Source of the DNA: Lama glama
Taxonomy: Eukaryota
NCBI GenBank assembly: GCA_028534125.1
Contig: CM052818.1
Span: 28,956,001 to 29,020,000, forward strand
Length of the DNA stretch: 64,000 bases
Direction of reading: 5' to 3'
Position 1 is the stretch's first letter. Each line of letters starts with the position of its first letter. The position numbers were made by a program, and so were the translations under genes. The notes under the pieces were generated by a model that saw only the letters and a program-made list of their open reading frames with translations, ran no database searches and was not told the DNA's origin. Shown one piece after another: positions 54,660 to 64,000 of the stretch.

Positions 54660-55135
54660 TTAAAAGAACGTCGACAGCATTATACATAACAATAAATTTA
54701 CAAAGAAAACAAGAAACAAGTTAATGTTCCAACAATGAGAAATGAATGCTTTTCGAATTAAACAAAAATTAAATTTAAATTACTAAATGAGAATTTAACA
54801 AATTTTTGAATAAAACAAAATTTGCAAAAATAATTCAAGTAGAAAAAGCAAGAAATAGAAAAATGCACACAACACAATATAATTGAATATATTGTTTAGA
54901 GAGACATGCATATATTACAAAACTATTTTTAAATGCTTTGGGATGCTGAATAAATTGAAAACAATTCAGTAAACAGAAAGTAACTGGATCAGGGATAAGT
55001 ACACCATGGTGGGATATGAAGGAACTTCAAATTATCAGTAATCTTTCATTTCTTAAACTGTGTAGTAGATACAGAAGTGTCTTTTTCACAATTCTCTGTA
55101 CTTTTTTGAACCTCTGAAATGCTAATTAAAAAGGT
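54660..55135 (+). mobile_element. Ancient L1 (L1ME-like) 3' end
   Basis: gggatatgaaggaacttcaaattatcagtaatctttcatttcttaaactgtgtagtagatacagaagtgtc. Confidence 0.65.
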
Positions 55136-55149
55136 AAAAATGTTTAATA

Positions 55150-55350
55150 TTTTAGTATCTATAGGGTGCTTTCATATAAATTATTTCATTTGATATGTAG
55201 GATAAAACTTTGATAGTAAAAATAGTTATTATGAATATTTTCATTTTATAAATGAAGAAACCAAGGCTCAATAAATACACCACAAGTAATAAATAGAAGA
55301 ATGGCGGGGCCAGAAATAAGATCTTTGAGGTCCAAATCACCACACTTCTT
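55150..55350 (-). mobile_element. MIR SINE
   Basis: tttcattttataaatgaagaaaccaaggctca...agaagaatggcggggccagaaataagatctttgaggtccaaatc. Confidence 0.7.
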
Positions 55351-55569
55351 CAATACGGTCAATGAGACCGTTGTCTGATCAGAGTCAAGGCTACAAATAT
55401 CCCAGTTTATCCTTTTTCCCCTTGTGTTAAATAAAATTGAAATAAAAAATACTTATTGAGGTGCTGCTGCTATGTCAAAGGTTATGGTAGGTCTTTCTTC
55501 CTGTTTTTCTGAAACTTTATGTATTATCAGTTTCTCTCCATCATCATAAAATCAATGTAGAAGGTATCG

Positions 55570-55918
55570 GTTCTTATTCAGAACCATAGAATCAATTTTT
55601 TTCTCTAGAAATAAAAATTCTCTATAGCCACTCAACTGAAAAGACTAAGACTATCTTGGTGCCCGTGCTTCCTGCTCTGAGGGCCAGATGCTGGAGAGGG
55701 AGGAAAACAAGTCAAAGAGCCTTAAAGAAGCACAGAAGAGAGATACATAGAATGGAAGTAGCATTCAGGCCCCCAGTTTCAGGTTATTCCTGAGAGGCAA
55801 TTGCATTTGTCTTTGGATTCTGTCTTAGGATATCTTGAGACATCCAAGAATTGTCCTTTTCTACATAGCTTAGCCAAATTCTGATACGTAACTTACAACC
55901 CAAAGAAGTCCTAGTATC
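55570..55918 (+). mobile_element. Old MaLR LTR (MLT1K/L-like)
   Basis: ccagtttcaggttattcctgag...gtaacttacaacccaaagaagtcctagta resembles late MLT1 3' ends. Confidence 0.5.
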
Positions 55919-56739
55919 CATTTTCATCCTGCTCTTCAATCTCTAACGGGAATATAGTCTGGTCCCTAAGTCAGTTGCTACATATCCTCCTAAAGTCTCC
56001 TGTCACATATTAATTCCTGGCCTCCTACCACTCCAAGATGGATTCCTGCCCTCTAACTTTTACTCCTATTATTCTGTGCATGAATCCTTCCTTCTGATCT
56101 CCCTGACATCAGGTCATGAGGAACTGCTTGGCAGCAGAAATCAGAAATGCTAAAGTCACAAATCTAACAAGTTGGAGGAAACTCACCTAGAACAACCATC
56201 TCTCAGTGAATATACCTCAGTTCACAATGCAGGTCACAGCATGTGGGTGACTTCAGTCTACACTGAGCTCCTAATCTAAGCCACCATGGTAAGGTACTGG
56301 GAAGAGGGAAAGATCAAGTCTAGTAGATAAGCATTAGGAGGGGCAAACAGAGAGTGAAAGAGAGAAAAGACTGGCCTCAGAGGCAGAGTAAGAGACCACA
56401 GTGATGGCTGCTGTACTTCGTCTGAATCAAAGAAGTGATTCCCCTGTAGGTCTCAATATTCTTCTAGCTGGAATGGACACTTGTTTGCCTCAGGTTGCCT
56501 CCAGCCCGCAAGTAATTAAATACAGGGCAGAGAACAAGCTGCCTCCTGATCAAGTCTGTGCATCCTGCACTCACACACTATTCCTCAGCCGACCTTTCTG
56601 GATATATAAGCTTTTTGGACACCAAAATCCTCACTGTTTAACTACAGCCAATTCAAAAAACCTCATTGCACACTTCATAAACCAGGGACTGGCTAGGAAC
56701 TGAGGATACAAAAATGAATCAGACAACCCTTGGACGGGT

Positions 56740-56955
56740 GTAAAGGCGTAAGAGTCACTCCAGCCTGGTTTGATTAGCCCACCTCGCTTCTAACTGCCTT
56801 ACCTGAGGCAAGGTGCTTAACCTCTATATGAGCCTTAGTACGCTCTCCTACAAAATGAAGATGATACTCTTGACTTCAGGATTACTGCATGGATTGGAAT
56901 AATGTACATAAAATGTTTAGAATGCGGTAGGTGCCCAGTTAATGGTACTTTTTAT
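56740..56955 (+). mobile_element. MIR SINE
   Basis: gagtcactccagcctggtttg...ctgaggcaaggtgcttaacctctatatgagccttagt...ctacaaaatgaagatgata. Confidence 0.75.
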
Positions 56956-57569
56956 TATGTCTATTGGTAAACCATATAAATGTTCTGGGGAGGAAAACAT
57001 CAAACTGAAAACTTTTAGATTTTTTTTTTTTATCAAATCATCTAGAACCCTCCCAGTTTGGTTGAAAGGGTAAAATAAAGGTACTTAGGTATTTTTAGAA
57101 ATAAACCCTTCTTTCTTTTAGCCCATTAGCATTGTAGGCCTAGCTCTTCTGACAGTAATCAGTATTCAGTAGTTATAATGCTAGAAACTTGCTACAGATG
57201 TTCCTTGTGTTCATCAGTGCAAGGTGTCTGAAATTTGAGTTTTAATGCCTAATAGCATCTAGCCTCGGGGAATCAGAAATTGGCTGGACCTAAAAAGCAC
57301 TACTGCACTCAGACAGACTCACTGCTTTGCAATGCCTTGCCTTCCAATAAAATGAATCTTTTAAAAAACTCATTGCACACAGGAGATTAACCACACTCTG
57401 AAGTCACCTTCGAGTTAGGTACATACAGTATCTTTTACTTTCTGATATCAGTTCATCATAAAGACCCCAGAAGGGTGATACAATCATGGGAACTATGTCA
57501 ATCAGGTATCAAGTCTCCAGAATGTGCACCATATAGTGTTATCTTCAGGTAGGAAGTTAATTTGAAGCA

Positions 57570-57745
57570 GTTTGTGTGGTAGAGCAGAAAGGACTTCAGA
57601 CTAGTAGTTAAGAGACAAAGGACTCGGCAGTCCCAAATGAACTATTAATTCATGTGTCAATACACGTGTGTTTTTATGGCCCCCAAACCCCAAACCAGGG
57701 CCTCAGTTTCTACTCCCATCAAATGAAAGGGTCAGACTACCAGTG
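57570..57745 (+). mobile_element. MIR fragment
   Basis: gtggtagagcagaaaggacttcagactagtagttaagag...gggcctcagtttctactcccatcaaatgaaaggg. Confidence 0.6.
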
Positions 57746-58082
57746 ATGAAAAATGGATCTCACCAACTCTAATCAAACCATGATTACTACAGCAATTGTA
57801 TTAAGAGATGAGTACAGACTTTCCAAGTCGGGAATCATGCTTTCATTCAGCCTTTAAAAAATAAATACTGTCTGATATTTCTCTCTTTAGATACTATTTT
57901 TATAATCACATATACATTCCAAAAACTTTCAAAGAGGTAGCAAGGTCAGTATGACTAACTATAGTTTCTCCTTTGAGATACGTAATTCCTCCCCGAAGGT
58001 TTTTTTTTCTTTTCCCCTCCCTCCTCCTGCTTAGACACACTCCTAATGTTGGATTTTTTTTTTTAATCTCTCAGAGAAAGTG

Positions 58083-58086
<4 letters not shown>

Positions 58087-58113
<27 letters not shown>
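58087..58113. repeat. T27 homopolymer flanked by a 14-bp direct repeat
   Basis: gagaaagtggttct (58074-58087) and gagaaagaggttct (58114-58127). Confidence 0.9.
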
Positions 58114-58730
58114 GAGAAAGAGGTTCTCTCCTAGCAAGTTCACTCATGTTCCTCAAAGCATGTGCTCCTGTCATCCATAAGTCCATGGCACACATTCAGC
58201 TAAGGATTCTTTTGAGAGCACAGTCTATGTCATAATCTCAGTACCTGTCCCAGAGTACACCAGTTTGTGAGAATGAGGACTAAGTAAGGGAAGGAACAGA
58301 TGGGTAAGTGCATAAATGAGCACTGTGAGTACCTTCAGGGCCCTCATGAGTGGGAGACCATTCCCTTATATTGAATCCATCATATTGAACAAAAGGCCCT
58401 TTTCTGTCTCCTAAAATGCTAGCTGTACAATTAAGTAAAACACATTCAGGAAAACAAAGGGTATGTGTACATTTTGTTTCTGACATCTGGACAAGTTGAA
58501 TTTTCCCATACATAGTAAAGGGGACCGGATGGCAGTGATGGATGGCAAACCTTATGATAATAAGGTATTTTTCCATCTAAACACCAAGTCTCATATAATT
58601 AAATTTTTCTTTACAGGATTATTTTTCTTCTATTATATATTCACCAATTTCCCAAGTATTACTACTTTTCCCAGACAACAATAGGCAGGATTCATCTAAG
58701 ATGACATGTTCAGTTAAATGGTTTTAAAGA

Positions 58731-58856
58731 GGGGATGGGGAGTATAGTTCAGTGGTAGAGCATGTGCTTGGCAAGAACAAGGTCCTGGGTTCAATCCCTG
58801 GTGCCTCCATTAGGGGGAGAAAATAAACAAAAAAATTAAAATTAAAAAAAAAATTT
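58731..58856 (+). mobile_element. tRNA-derived camelid SINE (Vic-1-like)
   Basis: gtatagttcagtggtagagcatgtgcttggcaagaacaaggtcctgggttcaatccctggtgcctcca (A and B boxes), A-rich tail; imperfect flanks taaatggttttaaa / taaaggattttaat. Confidence 0.88.
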
Positions 58857-61134
58857 TAAAGGATTTTAATAGCCTTAAACACTCTCATGTGAGAGAAATG
58901 GTCCAACGGTAGATGATCCTGTGTGTCCTGCTTCTATGTACATGCTGGTTGGTTTTTAAACTGCCCAAATTTTTGTTTTCTTTTCCCTAGTCAAAAGCGC
59001 ATCAAAGAAGAAATAGCTGGGGGCCAAAAAGGCCAACTTTCTTCCACACTTTCGTCAGGCAAAGTTTTTTAATGTTTCGTTTGCTACAATGTGGCTTCAC
59101 TACTAGCCTTTGTTGGAATTTGATTGATTCTATAGCTTTCAGTACAGTTAAAGGGTCACAGATGTGTATGTTAAAGACCCCAAAGAAATTTCCATTGAAG
59201 CCTACCAGAGCAGGTAGGCCAGGCAGCTGACCAGGGCACTAATCAATAAGAGGCATTAAAACATCACTGAAATGTAATTAAATGGAGGAGTTTGCATTTA
59301 CCAGAAGTCCTCTCAGAGAGACCATAAGAGGTTGGAAAGAATTTCTGATAAGCCACTTGGGATGGGACTTGAGACCTCAAGGTGGCACAACACAGAAACC
59401 TAAGGAATCAGCATTACCGCTGAATTCTGATATGTCCAATTGACTGCGCATTTTTGCTTTGCTGAGTGTGATGTGAGTGTCTGGGGCCAGAGCTGACCAC
59501 AGAGGAGAGATTAAGTGCCACCACCAGAGAATCTCCTCCTCCTCTTTCCCTCACACATTCTCTGCTTTCTCTCTAAATAAATAATGAATGACTTCTTGAA
59601 GAATATTATTTCCAAGAGATGTCAAAGTATTGACATACCTGTGGGACTCATGTGTCCTACTGAAGGTACCATCCACGGGCAGATGACTCAAAGCATTAGC
59701 AATCCGTAGAAGAGTAGGCCGGGGAACAGTATCGTTCAGGGTTTTGAAAATTGATAAGAACACTTCTCAGCTGCAGTTGCAGACTCCCAGGATTTAGGCT
59801 ACCCAAGGGGTCAGAATTGACACAGCAATGCGTTCTGGACAAGGAAAAAGCTTGATAACCTTGGAACGTTTGTTTCTAAATTGTTTTCATGGTGTGATCT
59901 GAGCAAACTGAGGCTGCCTTCTGACCACTGCATCTAAAAAGACTTGAAGGTGCCCTTCCAATAGTACATAGAGGTTAAGCAACTTGCACTCAATCTAATC
60001 CATGGTATTTCCTGGCTTTTTGATTCAAGGCCTCAGTGAGGTTGCCCATGGTAAAGAGATTAAGGAATCTAACATGATAATTTTAAAGAAAACTATCTTC
60101 AACTAGATGTATTTTCTACCCACTGAAAATTATTAAAGCCCAAGGAACACATGAGTCTTTCACTCTTTTAGGAATTCTTAATTCTACCCCTGGACCCAGT
60201 TAATACACCAAGAAACAATGTATTCTGACCTCATTAGCTAAACACTTAAATAAATAACTCTACTGATGAAAGCTTTAATGTTATAACCTCAAAATGTCTT
60301 GTTTCCTCCAATTTTTTCCCCTTGGCTGCAAGGAAGACCCGAGCCAAATTTAATTTTCAATTGCTGTAACAACACGAACCTACATTTTGGCACATATATT
60401 TCTCCCCATCTATATGGTTTATTGCTGCTGCTGTTGTTAATTGTCTTCTTTCTGGTTAAGAGTGTTATTATAAATATGCCTTTTATTTGTAAACTTCTCA
60501 AATTCTTTTTGAAAACAAATAAGGAATAAATCATAAATAGAAAAATATCATGTGTAATTTATCATGATTGATATTTAATGTGTATTCCCTTATGAATTTC
60601 TCATTAAGAAATGAGAAATTTTGCTATTATTAATAGCCAGATCAGAGAAATTAAGACTATCCAGAGAGTTTTTCTAAATCCCTTAATGTATTTATATTGA
60701 AGGATCCATATCTGACACTCTTAACAATGGAGAATCCTAGATTGCTCAAATGAGGCAAAATTTCAAGTCGGAGACAGAAAACTGAGGACAAATAAGAAGG
60801 TGTACCATATTTACAAAATACATAGTACTTTTTTTTAGTTATATTGCTTGTAAGATACAATTCAAAATTTTAAAATCCAATAGATTTAAGAAAGATTTAG
60901 AGAAATTTCTAGGATGGGATAATAGTCATAATAGACTAATAAGGAAAACCAGAGAACTTTTTCTGAGGCATCACAAACATTTGGAAATTAACATCCCAAA
61001 GGACAAACACAATTTCTATAATGCATTCTCTGAGTCACTTCCAGAGGGGAAAAAAACTGAATTATAAAATCCAAGGATCAAACTGAGAATCTGCTTCATA
61101 TCCTGACACCGAATGAAGTCTTGACTACGCTCTA

Positions 61135-61440
61135 AGTCAATTCCTAAGCTTTGTTCTGTGAAGCACTGTGGTTCAAAAAAAAAAAAAAAAAAAAAAAAAG
61201 GTAGGTACCTTAAAGGGGAATTCCCTAGTCAAGTAAGTTTGGGTACTGCTCTATACCATGACCTCATTCTTTGAGATTCAAAATATTCATTAACATATGA
61301 AAGTCTTTGAGAAATTCTGCAATCAAGAAAGTTGTTTCACTTTGCTTAACCTAGCTTTTCAAAAGTTTTTTTTGAGTAAAAAATGCTGTTTTCCTGGAAT
61401 CCCTATAAATATTATGTACTCAAATCTGTGACACTACTAT
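61135..61440 (+). mobile_element. hAT-Charlie remnant (MER103-like) containing an A25 run
   Basis: ttcctaagctttgttctgtgaagcactg...gtcaagtaagtttggg...gagattcaaaatattcattaacatatgaaagtctttgagaaattctgc. Confidence 0.6.
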
Positions 61441-61579
61441 AACCACCCTATTTCCTGATTGAACTGAGTGCAGGAACGCCAGGGACTCTGCAGTCTTGTT
61501 TACCATGTCTACAGAGTCCTGCAGAGCATGAGTCCTGCCAGCCCAAGAAAGAAGAAATGCCTCGAGAGTCAGTGACTAC

Positions 61580-61750
61580 ACTAGCTTATCGTTTTGAACT
61601 ACTGCAATAGCAGGGAAATCATTATTATTTCAATTTACAGATGAGGAAACTAACGCTCAGAAGAGTTAAGGTCACACACCTAGCATATAAGAGAGCTGGG
61701 TTTTAAATCCAGGTCTGTTAGACCTTAAAAGACCATGCTTTTAATCCCTT
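61580..61750 (-). mobile_element. MIR SINE
   Basis: attattattttcaatttacagatgaggaaactaacgctcagaagagttaaggtcacacacc...gagctgggttttaaatccaggtctg. Confidence 0.85.
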
Positions 61751-62049
61751 GAAAAAGGAATACAGGAGAGTTTTAGAAAACTGTCTAAATAGGGGGGGAA
61801 GGGGTGCACATATACTCATATTTCTCAGTGGTTAGAAAAGGCTGCTGTAAATGCTATAAGTAGTAAGCACTATTTATCCATTTGATTCTGAGGGAAGAGG
61901 AATTATGATAGCCTGCTGATTTTCCCCCTCAGTTACTTGGCTAAACTACTTGCAATTTACTGATTATATTATTTCCTTTCAAAACTTGGCTGCCTTTCTT
62001 TAAAGGTGCTAGTCCCCTTATAAGGTTAGTTCTCCCCACACTTTAGTTC

Positions 62050-62335
62050 CCAGGAAATTTATTCTTTCAAAAGCAGCTCAAATATCACTTTTTCTGTGAA
62101 GGCTTCCCTAATTGCTATCCTCCCACTTTTATTCCCCCATCCCTTCTCTGTGATCCCAAAGCACACTGTACATATCTGAACATCACACAGCTCAGGATGC
62201 AGAATCCTTCCTTGTTTAAATATCTGTCTTACACTTTATATCACAGCCATGTCATATCTATTTCTGGGCCCCAGCACTGAGCATGGGGTTTGACAAGCTG
62301 GAAAGCACTTTATAGATATTCCTTGAACAAATGCA
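62050..62335 (+). mobile_element. L2 3' end
   Basis: attctttcaaaagcagctcaaatatcactttttctgtgaaggcttccctaa...ccccagcactgagcatggggtttgaca. Confidence 0.7.
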
Positions 62336-62459
62336 CTCATATATGGGTCAATAATCAAATAGCCTTTGTGGCTATGGTAAGTAGCCTGGGAGCATTTTAG
62401 GGTTAAAAATGTACAAAACAGAAGGGAAGACTGATGCTCCTCTGAATAAATATTAAAAT

Positions 62460-62885
62460 CCTTCTAATGATACATTCAGTTAAAAGGAATGAACTGGAAC
62501 TACAAGCATCAACATGGATAAATCTCAAAACAATGAGTCAGAAAAAGAGGTTGTAAAATGATACACGATACCATTTTTATATATTTTTGAAATATTAAAA
62601 ACAGTGCTGTATATTATTTTTCTATTTTGTATAGTAATGATAATTGGTTAACAGCACGCAAAGGAATGATAATCACTAATTCAAGGTAATGGTTACTTCT
62701 GGGACAGAAAGGAGAATAGAATTAGTGAGAGCCACTCATGATGCTTTAACTATCTGTATGTCTTAATTCAGAAAAATATATATATAAAGCAAATGTGGCA
62801 AAATAAATCGACCTGACCTGATGGAATTTGGTAATGTGTTTATGATATTCCACGTGTTTGAACTATTTTATAATAAAATATTTAT
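62460..62885 (+). mobile_element. Ancient L1 (L1ME-like) 3' end
   Basis: gttaaaaggaatgaactggaactacaagcatcaacatggataaatctcaaaacaatgagtcagaaaaag...aattcaaggtaatggttacttctggg. Confidence 0.75.
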
Positions 62886-63769
62886 ATATTGATTAACTGT
62901 GCCATCTTAGGGAAGAGCGTAACCCTGAGGGAACAGGTAATGCTGCCTTTCAGGTGCAAAAACTGAAAGTCACAGGGAATTTGCAGGAGAGGATTAAGGT
63001 CTGAAATTGTAGTGTGTTTTCTCAGGAGAGGGGGTGCCCCCAACTGAGGTATCTATTTCACTGTTGAGCTTGGGGCTGCCTTAAAGAAAATGTCATTGTC
63101 CCAGTCCAGGGGCCGTGGGCACCCAGTGGGGCTTCAGGATACTCCTCCACGTGCCCCTGTCCAATGCCCTCTATACAGCATTAAAGCTCCCCCCCACCCA
63201 GCTGGGTAGAAGCAGCCCAGATGAACTGGAACTGGACAAGCAAGTTGAACATTTACTCAAAAAAAAAAAAAAAAACTCAGCTTGCCCTTTCCAGGTCAGA
63301 GGCAGCCAGGGCACTGGATCAGGAGTAGAGCTCTCCCCGTGGGGTCTCAGCCCCTCCAACCCTCATCTGGACAATGACTGAACTACATACACTGACCTGT
63401 GAGGCCCCACCTTGTGTTTTTCCTAGCTCTAGAAGCAGAGAATCTCAAGGTCTCCTTCCCGTGCCCCTTCCCCTCCACATCTAATCAGTGAAGGGATACC
63501 AAACTTATGTCTAGGTGTAGGGTGTCCATTTTCTTGGACTGGAGTCTCAGAGAGACTCAGAGAGACTCCAGAGAGAAAAACGAAACAAAAAACAATGAAG
63601 AGGTAAAATTAAAACTAAAATTACAGACTGATACTTGTGTAACCAAATCTCCCTAATAGTCATTACTCAAACACATAACTAAATTAAATTCAATAGAAAA
63701 AAATCTTAGTAGGTTCATCTTACATCACAAATCAAAATACAATTTTTCATAGTCACAGGTGAGATTGTT

Positions 63770-63890
63770 ATTTGAAATCACAACTGTGTATATGTATGTA
63801 TCTTTTATTGAGTGAGGATTTGTGGGAGCTGCTGTTACAGAGAGGTGAATAAGACACAGTCTATGCTCTCAGGAATTTGCTGTCCATATA
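63770..63890 (-). mobile_element. L2 3' end fragment
   Basis: tttattgagtg...agaggtgaataagacacagtctatgctctcaggaatttgctgtc. Confidence 0.65.
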
Positions 63891-64000
63891 TTATGAACGA
63901 CTATTCTCATATAGCTGATAGCTTTTAAATGCACTTAACAGAGCATATAAACAGTAACATTTGAACTCACAAATGAAAATCAGCTATTTGATTTGATTTG

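Noticed and set aside
58731..58810. tRNA-like sequence with A and B boxes
   Set aside because: It has an A-rich tail, flanking repeats and a second related copy at 47787, so it is a SINE rather than a tRNA gene.

Overview
Mammalian genomic DNA, AT-rich and CpG-depleted, with no recognisable protein-coding gene. Two tRNA-derived SINEs of the camelid (Vic-1-like) type and camelid/cetartiodactyl-style L1 3' ends point to a camelid (alpaca, llama or camel) assembly. A large part of the window is a nested fossil record of transposable elements: L1 (several ages, nearly all on the + strand), L2, MIR, MaLR/ERVL/ERV1 solo LTRs and hAT/Tigger DNA transposons. A 500-N scaffold gap sits inside a young L1. 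All ORFs I could recognise are L1 ORF1/ORF2 remnants. I found no evidence of a new multi-gene system, CRISPR array or operon. The most notable items are: (1) a tailless retrocopy of exactly the 5' exon of intron-containing tRNA-Arg(TCT), bracketed by a 19-bp duplication (49324-49396); (2) two neighbouring, independently decayed copies of a Helitron-like element (33578-33955 and 34866-35061); (3) an L1 cluster whose ORF2 pieces are in permuted order (40813-44140); (4) several poly(A)-only insertions with target-site duplications. The L1 strand bias suggests, but does not prove, that the window is intronic to a minus-strand gene. Repeat subfamily names come from my recall of consensus sequences and need RepeatMasker/Dfam confirmation. 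Boundaries of old repeats are approximate.
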